This document shows, piece after piece, positions 23,988 to 32,048 of a DNA stretch of 32,166 bases. A model generated the notes under the pieces. That model worked only from the letters and a program-made list of their open reading frames with translations, had not been told where the DNA came from and ran no database searches. The DNA is from a virus. The stretch covers positions 1 to 32,166 of the IMG/VR virus record IMGVR_UViG_3300021963_000428. The stretch is one strand, 5' to 3'. The position numbers and the translations under genes were made by a program. Numbering within the stretch: the stretch's first letter is position 1; the number at the start of each line of letters is the position of its first letter.

Positions 23988-25865
23988 TTAATGTACATCG
24001 TACCAATTATTACCAATTTTGGATTCACCATCCATAATATCTACACCAAACAACTTAGGACCATCTTGAAAAGCTTTCTTAGCAATCGCAGATGCTCTTT
24101 CAGCATATTCAGTAGGAACTTCAAATTCAATCTCATCGTGATAAAATATCAAGGGATTGAATGGTATGTTTTCCTCTTGGAGTCTAACATAAGTAAGAGC
24201 AGTAGCTGCTTTACATGTAATAGCTTCACAACTTTGTAACAAATAGTTGAGAGACTTATGGGCAGACTCACAAGGAATCTTACGACCATCTAATGCAGGA
24301 ATCCAAGGATTACCATGGTTCTCTGTTTTATTAAATATTGTATTAATACGTTTAATTAATAGGTCTAATCCTGGAATACGCTTTGCAAACTCAGCTTTAA
24401 TTTTATTACCTAGCTTAGCATTACGAATACCAGTTAAGATTAAAGATACTTTCTCACCACCAGCACCAAACAAATAAGCATAAATGAATGGCTTTGCTAA
24501 CTTACGAGATACAAGAGGATCTTTAATAATCTTAGGAAAGTTTACTTGTTCTTCAGTCATTACTGCAGTAAGTACATCTGCATTCTTCTGATGAACATCT
24601 CCATTTAGAACTTCATTTGTGTATTCATCATTCTTTAAATAATGACATAAAGCTCTAAATTGATTACCAGAAGAATCAGCACCAATGATTGAATACCCAG
24701 GAGTGGCAACAAATAGTTTTCTAATATCTGCACCCCACTCGGAATCAGCACCTGGAACATTGACAATACCGCTATGTCTAGCACGACCAGTTGGAGTAGA
24801 GATAGTAAAACAACTACCATGTAATCGACTATTCTCATCTAGGTCCTCTATCCATCCAGACAAAATAGAATGTCTAGATCTAGTAGTATAGTACTTATCA
24901 ATCAACATACCTACTTCACCTAATTTTTCAAGTGAGCTTGTAGTTAATTTTTCTGATACTTTAATAAACTCGTTTCCTTGTTTCTTCCAGTTCCAGTCAT
25001 CAGGTACCCAACCTATTTTATGTAGGTAAAGTTTAACTGAATCAATATTACCTAAGTCAGGTTGTACATACTCAAATCGTTGATAAGGTCCTTCTACCAG
25101 ACGAACATCCCTGCCATTAGTAGGATCAATATTAAAATATCTTGCAGTAACGGCATCATAATTACCATTCTTGATCCACTTTGGAGACTTAGGTTCTTTA
25201 TCCACAATCTTAGTTTCAATACTAAGCCTTGGTTCAATGACAGCCTGAACAGCTGACATCTGAGTCTCCATAGCAGATAGTAGTCTTGTAGCAGCTTCTT
25301 TATCAAATTGCCATCCTATATATTCTGCATCAGCACAGAATTGTGCAGTTAAATGCTCATTTTTAATAGAAGTCTTAAGATATTGTTTCTTTTCAAACAT
25401 TACCTTTAGTTCTTTATTAAGTTGTTTATAAACTTTTAAATTAATTTTTACGTCTTCTCTACACCGATGTAGCATGTCTATCGAGTACTGACTCCAGTCC
25501 TCATGATTAACTTTAGAATGCCCAAGGTACTCACCCCATACAGCTAGAGAGTGTTTTCCATTAAATCGATCATAGTCAACTATTTGAGACAATAACATTG
25601 TGTCATATAGTTTAGTATCTTTATTTGGAATCCAATTGTATAGTTTTCGGAGAACAAGTAAGTCATAGCCAATAATATTATGGCCAATCAAACTTGTTGC
25701 TTTCGATAGGTGTTGTAAGCCTTGCTCTAAGCTTAGATATTGAGGATCATAATCAGTAAAGATTAATTCCTCACCAGTAACAGTGTCATTTGTTACAATC
25801 ATCCAGACTTTACTTACGGTGTCTAGTAGACCATCGCTTTCGATGTCAAATACTAGATTGCTCAT
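23988..25865 (-). CDS. Family A DNA polymerase with 3'-5' exonuclease domain (T7 gp5-like)
   Basis: Exo FDIESDG, LIGHNIIGYDLLVL, CREDVKINLKVY; Pol A IIGADSSGNQFRAL, Pol B RKLAKPFIYAYLFGAG, Pol C FYHDEIEFEVP. Confidence 0.95.
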   Translation of the reverse strand: MSNLVFDIESDGLLDTVSKVWMIVTNDTVTGEELIFTDYDPQYLSLEQGLQHLSKATSLIGHNIIGYDLLVLRKLYNWIPNKDTKLYDTMLLSQIVDYDRFNGKHSLAVWGEYLGHSKVNHEDWSQYSIDMLHRCREDVKINLKVYKQLNKELKVMFEKKQYLKTSIKNEHLTAQFCADAEYIGWQFDKEAATRLLSAMETQMSAVQAVIEPRLSIETKIVDKEPKSPKWIKNGNYDAVTARYFNIDPTNGRDVRLVEGPYQRFEYVQPDLGNIDSVKLYLHKIGWVPDDWNWKKQGNEFIKVSEKLTTSSLEKLGEVGMLIDKYYTTRSRHSILSGWIEDLDENSRLHGSCFTISTPTGRARHSGIVNVPGADSEWGADIRKLFVATPGYSIIGADSSGNQFRALCHYLKNDEYTNEVLNGDVHQKNADVLTAVMTEEQVNFPKIIKDPLVSRKLAKPFIYAYLFGAGGEKVSLILTGIRNAKLGNKIKAEFAKRIPGLDLLIKRINTIFNKTENHGNPWIPALDGRKIPCESAHKSLNYLLQSCEAITCKAATALTYVRLQEENIPFNPLIFYHDEIEFEVPTEYAERASAIAKKAFQDGPKLFGVDIMDGESKIGNNWYDVH

Positions 25866-26424
25866 TTAAAATTTTTTCAATATCTTTAATTCGGATTGGT
25901 TGATTATCATTCTTAGTATAGGCAAGTAGGAACTTTAAATACCACAATGCCTTACCAAGCTCTTGTTGTTCAGCATCTTTACCACCAAGGCGGTCTAAAT
26001 ACTTTCGTACTTGTAGCTCAACTGCAGCTTTAAAACAAGCAGGGTCTCTAAAACTTGGTAGATACTGCATAGTCTCTAACCATTGTAAATCCATTACATA
26101 ACTTTGATAATGACTTGGATTAATTGCATCTTTATTTCCTGTTACAGAATTTTCTTTGAGATACTTCATTAGCTGATCAACTTCCCATTCGTTATCACCG
26201 TCTTCAATTGCCCAAGTATTTAAAAGGTTACGATATTCATTTATAGAACCAATATGATTTAGTTCTTTAGAACGATTCTTAACACTAGTAGGCCAAATAC
26301 ATTTGATAGTAAAGAAATCCATATTGTCTTTCCATGCAGTAACAGCATGTTCAAAGTCATTATAGGTTGCTATTACACCACGATTTTTACCATATGAGTG
26401 TATTTCATAAATCGGCATGTACAT
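25846..26424 (-). CDS. DUF3310-like protein
   Basis: C-terminal INPSHYQ ... ACFKAAVELQVRKYLDRLGGKDAEQQELGKALWYLKFLL. Confidence 0.7.
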   Translation of the reverse strand: MYMPIYEIHSYGKNRGVIATYNDFEHAVTAWKDNMDFFTIKCIWPTSVKNRSKELNHIGSINEYRNLLNTWAIEDGDNEWEVDQLMKYLKENSVTGNKDAINPSHYQSYVMDLQWLETMQYLPSFRDPACFKAAVELQVRKYLDRLGGKDAEQQELGKALWYLKFLLAYTKNDNQPIRIKDIEKILNEQSSI

Positions 26425-26593
26425 CTATATTTCCCTCTTCTACTTTGTATAGTTTACCTTCTGCAACAGCATCTTTTAGCATTCTAATAAATGCGTAGTT
26501 CATAAGATATTCTCTTGCTTCATTGTCTAAATCAAGCACTACATTAGCACTACCATCTTCATTTTCTGAAATAGTATGAACAGTAAGTTTCAT
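26405..26593 (-). CDS. Hypothetical protein
   Basis: 62-aa ORF in common phage style (MNxTxxxEEDGSANVxxDLDNEAxxYLMNYA). Confidence 0.6.
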   Translation of the reverse strand: MKLTVHTISENEDGSANVVLDLDNEAREYLMNYAFIRMLKDAVAEGKLYKVEEGNIDVHADL

Positions 26594-26856
26594 TAATATA
26601 CATCTCCATTTTCTTTGATCTTTAGATCTTCGTATGGTGCTGCTATTCTACGATAAAACTCAATCTTAGCTCCTTCTAAAGCACCTACAATATCGTTAAT
26701 AGCTTGATAATTACCTTTATCAGTACGATTGAAGTAATCTCTTACAATAGAAGTAATAACAAAGTTTAATTCTCCTGGGGTAGTACATAAGTCACCTACC
26801 TCAGCTACACTTTTTGTGTGTAGAAATTGTTTAAAATCTTGTCTAATATATGGCAT
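26593..26856 (-). CDS. Conserved phage protein
   Basis: Start at MPYIRQDFKQF (TAATG with the upstream gene); GALEGAKIEFYRRIAAPYEDLKIKENGDVY is a widespread phage pattern. Confidence 0.8.
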   Translation of the reverse strand: MPYIRQDFKQFLHTKSVAEVGDLCTTPGELNFVITSIVRDYFNRTDKGNYQAINDIVGALEGAKIEFYRRIAAPYEDLKIKENGDVY

Positions 26857-27044
26857 TATTTTTCTTCCCAAAGGCTTGCATGATAAACCTTAACCTTTAA
26901 TTTTGGATAGTGAGCTTTAACATCTTTTACTTTAACTTCTACTTGTTTTAAACTAGTAAATACACATTCTTGAGTTGCTTTATTAATAGGTACATTATGC
27001 TCTAAGTTATCTTCAGGGTTTACGTAAGTAATAAAGAAAGGCAT
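26856..27044 (-). CDS. Hypothetical protein
   Basis: 62-aa collinear ORF. Confidence 0.5.
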   Translation of the reverse strand: MPFFITYVNPEDNLEHNVPINKATQECVFTSLKQVEVKVKDVKAHYPKLKVKVYHASLWEEK

Positions 27045-27460
27045 TAGTCGATATACTCCGTAATAATAGTATCACAAGCCTTATCTACTGTTGATCTCCA
27101 CTCTGTAACTAAAGACTCAAAGAATGGATGTATAGTATCAGCAGATGCTTTAAATGCAACTACTGGTTTACGTAATACATAAGCAGCATAAAACACTTCC
27201 ATAGAGGTACCATGTTTAGCAATTGCTGGGTTATTCAGATTAACAAGAATCAAATCTGACTCTTGAATATCACGAAGATCTAATTCAAAAATACGCTTCA
27301 TGTATTTAGCTTGAAAGTCATGAACCCTACGAGTAGGATCAAGAACTTTTTGATCTGCTTGCTGAAGTAATTTAGTAGCAATATTTCGCCAACCTTTTGC
27401 ATCTTCAACAGAGACATGCTCCATTGGACCTGCAAGATATATCGTTCTTTGTTTAGTCAT
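27044..27460 (-). CDS. Nucleoside 2-deoxyribosyltransferase-like protein
   Basis: IYLAGPMEH...GWRNIATKLL...DLRDIQESDLILVNLNNPAIAKHGTSMEVFYAAYVLRKPVVAF. Confidence 0.75.
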   Translation of the reverse strand: MTKQRTIYLAGPMEHVSVEDAKGWRNIATKLLQQADQKVLDPTRRVHDFQAKYMKRIFELDLRDIQESDLILVNLNNPAIAKHGTSMEVFYAAYVLRKPVVAFKASADTIHPFFESLVTEWRSTVDKACDTIITEYID

Positions 27461-27756
27461 AGTTCATTTAAAATACGCATGTAATTAGCGGTATACCACA
27501 ATCCGCCTTGACTTTGAGGTCTTTGATGCCTAGTGTAGTCCTGAATTTCTATCCTACACCATGTTCTATCTTTATAGCTCAAATGAGGAGCATTAGGAGT
27601 AGAACAACAATGCCATCCAGGGCGATAAGCATAACCTACAGTAGGGTGCGACTCTGCTCCGTATAAAACTCCTGATTGTATTTTCTGTTTTCGGTTAATA
27701 AACAATGGCCCATAAGTACCATCTTTTCGTTTCTTAAAAAGTTTATATGCAATCAT
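27457..27756 (-). CDS. Conserved phage protein
   Basis: YKLFKKRKDGTYGPLFINRKQ...YAYRPGWHCC pattern. Confidence 0.7.
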   Translation of the reverse strand: MIAYKLFKKRKDGTYGPLFINRKQKIQSGVLYGAESHPTVGYAYRPGWHCCSTPNAPHLSYKDRTWCRIEIQDYTRHQRPQSQGGLWYTANYMRILNEL

Positions 27757-28055
27757 TATGAGTTATATTTTAACCAGTCTGGTTCCATAGTTAATAAATG
27801 TTGGATTAATCCGATATTTTCTACTTGAATAAGCTCTGAAATAGATTGTAAAAATTCTCTCTGACTCATTGATGTTTCAATTGTGCAAACAGTAAAGTCT
27901 TCGTTATAAGAAAAATCATCACCTAATTTGCATAGTAGCAACATTTCAAATTCGCTAATAGGGTCTGTGAATGTTATAGTGTATTCAGAAGTAACCAAGA
28001 ACTGCTCCAATGAAAGGTACAAAGACTCCAATAATACGACCAATAATCCAACCAA
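27756..28055 (-). CDS. Hypothetical protein
   Basis: 99-aa collinear ORF. Confidence 0.5.
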   Translation of the reverse strand: MVGLLVVLLESLYLSLEQFLVTSEYTITFTDPISEFEMLLLCKLGDDFSYNEDFTVCTIETSMSQREFLQSISELIQVENIGLIQHLLTMEPDWLKYNS

Positions 28056-28164
28056 TTTGAGTATCAGCAGTCATGGCTAGAATAGCTAAAAAGTTTGCTA
28101 CCCAACCATAAACAGAAGCTGCTACAATAATTAATCCAATTATCCCTGCAATTACATTATTCAT
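27985..28164 (-). CDS. Small membrane protein (59 aa), missing from the ORF track
   Basis: My translation: MNNVIAGIIGLIIVAASVYGWVANFLAILAMTADTQIGWIIGRIIGVFVPFIGAVLGYF*; directly downstream of a terminator. Confidence 0.65.
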   Translation of the reverse strand: MNNVIAGIIGLIIVAASVYGWVANFLAILAMTADTQIGWIIGRIIGVFVPFIGAVLGYF

Positions 28165-28176
28165 TTAATATATTCT

Positions 28177-28203
28177 TTTAAAAATAGGAGACCGAAGTCC
28201 CCT
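28177..28203 (-). terminator. Intrinsic terminator with UUCG tetraloop after SSB
   Basis: Minus strand AGGGGAC-TTCG-GTCTCCT then ATTTTTAAAAG. Confidence 0.85.
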
Positions 28204-28213
28204 AGTTGTTTAA

Positions 28214-28714
28214 TTAATAAGGGCTATCATCCTCATCATCTCCACCATCAGCATCTGCTACACGAACAATTTCCGTGTCAGTCATTTCAAAGTCATCATC
28301 AGATGCTTTAGGAATATACTCATTTAGTTTAGTAATCTGAATTGCCATCAACATAGAAGCAATCTTCTTCTCATCACCATACTCATATTGAAAGATACGA
28401 ACATTACCAATAGAACCATTGCCAATACTCATTGGACTAATAGGGTTTAATCCACCATCTACTACTGTAACTGGTTGGTTATCTGCTCCATCTTTCTTTT
28501 TAGACTTCTTACGTAGACTAACAGAATAATATACTCCATTATCATCTTCTACAGTCTTTGGCTTTAGGTTGAGTCCTGCCCATTCTGCTTTGACCTTCTT
28601 ATCACGAGTACGCAATTGAACTTCCCAAGTAGGTTGTTCTTTGTTAAACTTAGTGTTTGGTTTCTTAGGGTCTAGACGAGGGTAAAATAATTCAACGTTC
28701 TTTAAAATAGCCAT
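28214..28714 (-). CDS. Single-stranded DNA-binding protein (T7 gp2.5-like)
   Basis: Position after RNAP, OB-like composition, acidic C-terminal tail ending in an aromatic residue (DADGGDDEDDSPY). Confidence 0.8.
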   Translation of the reverse strand: MAILKNVELFYPRLDPKKPNTKFNKEQPTWEVQLRTRDKKVKAEWAGLNLKPKTVEDDNGVYYSVSLRKKSKKKDGADNQPVTVVDGGLNPISPMSIGNGSIGNVRIFQYEYGDEKKIASMLMAIQITKLNEYIPKASDDDFEMTDTEIVRVADADGGDDEDDSPY

Positions 28715-28781
28715 AATCTTTTAGTTCCTTACTTTTAATCCAATTAATAAAAGGTATACATTCAATTTGCATACCATTGTG

Positions 28782-28800
28782 CTTTAGCGTCACCTGGTAA
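28782..28800 (-). promoter_or_regulatory. Putative phage RNAP promoter C (SP6-like)
   Basis: Minus strand TTACCAGGTGACGCTAAAG in the gap between RNAP stop and SSB start; 18 of 19 identical to promoter A. Confidence 0.8.
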
Positions 28801-28802
28801 AG

Positions 28803-30974
28803 TTAGCAAAAAGCATAATCTGAGTACAATATCTGGCTTACATCAAGCTTGCCACGCTCAGGTAATAGGTCTGTACTTTGTAGTCCACCTAGTAACTGTT
28901 CTAATGGTTTACTCTTGTAAAATTCCACAAATTGATCTCTTACTCTATAAAACAAATCATCCATGTTTCCTGGTAGAGTACCGAAGGAATCATGCACAAC
29001 TGTCATCTGATATGGTGCGGATACAACAGTCATTGCTAAATGTGCAGCATCAAAGCTGTGAACAATGTTTGGTGCAGCACCTGTCTTTTGCGAATCTTTA
29101 TCTAAAGATGCTTCTTCCCATGTTTGGAGTTGAATCTTTATTTCTTCTTCACCATACTTTAGTTTAGTTCGGACCATTCCTGGTTTTCTATATCCCTGTA
29201 CTACTGGGAAATTAGTTACTGGAGTAGTCCACTTTAGAAACACTTCTCGTTCATTAGATCTTTGTGCAAGATCTTGGAACATACGAAGCATTGTAGCTGG
29301 TCCTTTTAATTTCTCGTAACAAGTTTTAAATACTAGATCACCTAGCATTGCACCCCATAAGTGTTCCTTATCACGTAGGTACTCAGACATATCTCGTGTG
29401 TCTTCAATAATCTGTTGACCCATGCCATATGCTGTACCACCGTAACCGAGAGTCATTACATTGCGTTTAACTACTTTACGTTGATCTTTAGGACTGTTAA
29501 TATTTAACCAGTAGACTGGAAAGAGTTTCTCTCGAATCATACGATTTTGATTACGCCATTCTTGTGCTGCGGCATAAGCTAATGCTTTTTGCTCAGACTT
29601 GTCTGGTGCATCAAAATATGCTTTCTGAAGTTCCTTAGCCTTGTTGTATACTGTATCAAACTGATCTCTTTCTTCTTGAGTAAGAGCGTCAGCCATTTCC
29701 TGTAAGTGTTGCCATACATATCTAGCGATATACATATACACATCCCCAGGAAGATCTTGAGGTACTAAATTAACTAATGGTGCAATATCTTCATCTTGTG
29801 ACATTGCTACTAGATGCTGAACACCGTTATTAGAACCGTCAATATATACAGGTAGAGAACAAGGATAATCTGTTAAATCATTTCCCTCCATAAGCCACTC
29901 TTTAATTTTCTTTAGCTCATTACAGGCAGCTAGAAAAGAAAAAGGAGCTTCAGCTTCAATCCAACCTTGATTGATTGTAGGTTTTTCTGCATAAGATAAG
30001 AATAAATCTAAATGTTCATCTATGAATTCAGCTCTTTGTTTAAGAGTAACTTTATCATTTCCAAAACAATTAGAAGTATGAACCTTTAACCAGTATAAGC
30101 CATTTTCTCCAAGAGGTACAGGGTCATTAAGTAACAATAAACCTTTAGCATTATCGCTTGACTGCTCATGCAAGAATGCTGTGTTAACATATACTCGACC
30201 TCTAAAATCGAAATTATAAGAGTGATAGAATGTATTATCTAAATGTTTCAAAGCTAATCTTTCAATGGCTTCAACTTCAATTAGCAATGAATTCTTTTTC
30301 TCTTCATCAATCTCGCTATGTAGTTTAAACGGACTAGGTGTAGACTCTTTCTTTAAGAAATGTTGATAGACTTTAAATACATCTTTATTTATCCGCCAAC
30401 CAACTGACTGTAACTTATTAAGAACATCGAATAATATTTGTTTGTCTTCATTGTCTTTAAATTGTATCAGTGCTGAAGAGTGACCTTTCTTAACAATAGG
30501 CATTCCATTATTGTTTAAAGGTCCACTCCAAGGTTCAGCTGCTTCTCTCAGTGGAAAGATTTCTACCTTAGTATCATCTATAAGCGACCAGAGTTCTTTA
30601 AGAGCTTTCCAGTCGTTAACTTGTAAGAAGTAAGCTTGATATTTACTTTTCTTACCATTCTTATAGGTGTATTTTAACCTAAAGACTAATACCTTACATT
30701 CAAGATACGAAATACATACAAACCAACCTACTTGCGCATCTGCTACTGTGTCATTAGAAAGATTTAACCTTTGACGAATGCGTCTACCAAGAGTAGCAAT
30801 AATGTCTACTAATGTTGCTTGTCTTTCTAATCCCTTAAGTATATAAGGATAAGATATGTCAATTAACAAGCTAGGATCCATATCCTTTAAGTAGTGAGTG
30901 TAAATATTTCTGTCTGATCTTAATGAAGATTGTCTTAATTTAATGTCACTTACTAACTTTTCTAATATTGTCAT
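28803..30974 (-). CDS. Single-subunit (T7-like) RNA polymerase
   Basis: FDFRGRVY, LPVYIDGSNNGVQHL (motif A), KRNVMTLGYGGTAYG (motif B), MTVVHDSFGTLPG (motif C), C-terminal YSDYAFC. Confidence 0.97.
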   Translation of the reverse strand: MTILEKLVSDIKLRQSSLRSDRNIYTHYLKDMDPSLLIDISYPYILKGLERQATLVDIIATLGRRIRQRLNLSNDTVADAQVGWFVCISYLECKVLVFRLKYTYKNGKKSKYQAYFLQVNDWKALKELWSLIDDTKVEIFPLREAAEPWSGPLNNNGMPIVKKGHSSALIQFKDNEDKQILFDVLNKLQSVGWRINKDVFKVYQHFLKKESTPSPFKLHSEIDEEKKNSLLIEVEAIERLALKHLDNTFYHSYNFDFRGRVYVNTAFLHEQSSDNAKGLLLLNDPVPLGENGLYWLKVHTSNCFGNDKVTLKQRAEFIDEHLDLFLSYAEKPTINQGWIEAEAPFSFLAACNELKKIKEWLMEGNDLTDYPCSLPVYIDGSNNGVQHLVAMSQDEDIAPLVNLVPQDLPGDVYMYIARYVWQHLQEMADALTQEERDQFDTVYNKAKELQKAYFDAPDKSEQKALAYAAAQEWRNQNRMIREKLFPVYWLNINSPKDQRKVVKRNVMTLGYGGTAYGMGQQIIEDTRDMSEYLRDKEHLWGAMLGDLVFKTCYEKLKGPATMLRMFQDLAQRSNEREVFLKWTTPVTNFPVVQGYRKPGMVRTKLKYGEEEIKIQLQTWEEASLDKDSQKTGAAPNIVHSFDAAHLAMTVVSAPYQMTVVHDSFGTLPGNMDDLFYRVRDQFVEFYKSKPLEQLLGGLQSTDLLPERGKLDVSQILYSDYAFC

Positions 30975-31117
30975 TTATTTAAAATCGAATGAGAATTGTT
31001 CTTGATGTTCTGTATAGAACTTTTTGTATAGCCAAATTATTACCGCCTCTAATAAAAAGATAAATAATTCAATTAGGATCTTTGTCATTATATTTTTTGT
31101 CCTTAATTTTGATTAAA

Positions 31118-31162
31118 AAAGAGAGGGGAACCCTTGAGCCGTAGCCCAAGGGATTCTCTTTT
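31118..31162 (-). terminator. Intrinsic terminator upstream of RNAP
   Basis: Minus strand AAAGAGAATCCCTTGGGCTACGGCTCAAGGGTTCCCCTCTCTTTTTTAATC. Confidence 0.8.
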
Positions 31163-31358
31163 AGGATACGAATTTTGCTTCCGTATCGACAACTTCTAAC
31201 TTCTCTTGTGATCTCTCTTGATACCACTTAATAAGTTTTGTTGTTGTATAAATAGTCACACCTGCGATTACAAGGTCTTTAGCCACACTTAGTACGATTA
31301 GAGCACCGAGTAGACCAACAACCCAACCCAGAAAATAACCAAGTGTTGCAATAGTCAT
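31161..31358 (-). CDS. Small membrane protein (65 aa)
   Basis: TLGYFLGWVVGLLGALIVLSVAKDLVIAGVTIYTTTKLIKWYQERSQEK. Confidence 0.6.
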   Translation of the reverse strand: MTIATLGYFLGWVVGLLGALIVLSVAKDLVIAGVTIYTTTKLIKWYQERSQEKLEVVDTEAKFVS

Positions 31359-31359
31359 T

Positions 31360-31485
31360 TTAAATTCCTGAAAATTTCATTATGAAAATTAGACCTATCC
31401 AAGCTAAAATAAACAATACTCTATATGAAGGATTCATAAGTAGCATTGCTATTATAACTAAACTTATAGCAAAAAGATTAATCAC
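31360..31485 (-). CDS. Small membrane protein (41 aa, GTG start), missing from the ORF track
   Basis: My translation: (GTG)INLFAISLVIIIAMLLMNPSYRVLFILAWIGLIFIMKFSGI*. Confidence 0.55.
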   Translation of the reverse strand: MINLFAISLVIIAMLLMNPSYRVLFILAWIGLIFIMKFSGI

Positions 31486-31556
31486 ATTTTTCTAAAGGGT
31501 ATTAAAAATAGACCGAAGAATAAATCCATCATGAATGATAGAAATACACTAATCAT
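31482..31556 (-). CDS. Micro-ORF, hydrophobic peptide (24 aa), missing from the ORF track
   Basis: My translation: MISVFLSFMMDLFFGLFLIPFRKM*, preceded by a strong Shine-Dalgarno (TAGGAGGTAAGT-ATG). Confidence 0.5.
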   Translation of the reverse strand: MISVFLSFMMDLFFGLFLIPFRKM

Positions 31557-31558
31557 AC

Positions 31559-31792
31559 TTACCTCCTAATAGTGTTAACATGACCAATTTGTTTAAATCG
31601 TTGATTAACTAGTTTCATTGGGTTTGCTTTCCAATGATCAAGCTCTTCACCGATTTTGTTAAAGAAATCTAAACTGTGTGGTTCATAACGAACTTTGGCA
31701 TAGTTAAAAATCTCTTTACTGACTTGGTAGACATAGCCTTCCTCGTCAGCAATCTTTACTTCAGAATACACAGGTGGGCATTTAATGCACAT
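31559..31792 (-). CDS. Hypothetical protein
   Basis: 77-aa collinear ORF. Confidence 0.5.
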   Translation of the reverse strand: MCIKCPPVYSEVKIADEEGYVYQVSKEIFNYAKVRYEPHSLDFFNKIGEELDHWKANPMKLVNQRFKQIGHVNTIRR

Positions 31793-31793
31793 T

Positions 31794-32048
31794 TTAAACT
31801 CCGAGTTTTCTATCTACAAAAACTAAATCTTCAACTGCTTTAAAGAGCCTACTAAAGTCTTCAGCAGACTCAGTAAGCACAGAAGCAACAGTCTCACCAG
31901 TCATGTATGCTGACTTAACATCATACAATGAAGGAGAAACTACAGCTTGTAGGAAGTCATCATATACAGTTACTTCAACAGAGTCAAAGGCATTGTATTG
32001 GACTGCTTCAATTGTATAATCACCAGCTTTTAAAGTTAGTCTAGGCAT
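31794..32048 (-). CDS. Hypothetical protein
   Basis: 84-aa collinear ORF. Confidence 0.5.
   Translation of the reverse strand: MPRLTLKAGDYTIEAVQYNAFDSVEVTVYDDFLQAVVSPSLYDVKSAYMTGETVASVLTESAEDFSRLFKAVEDLVFVDRKLGV

Noticed and set aside
28741-28780. GGTAT...ATACC hairpin downstream of promoter C as a terminator or RNase III site
   Set aside because: The stem is only 5-6 bp with a large loop; too weak to support.
28985-29005. TTTCCTGGTAGAGTACC inside the RNAP gene as a fourth promoter
   Set aside because: It matches only the CCTGGTAG part of the motif and lacks the CTTTAGCGTC core.
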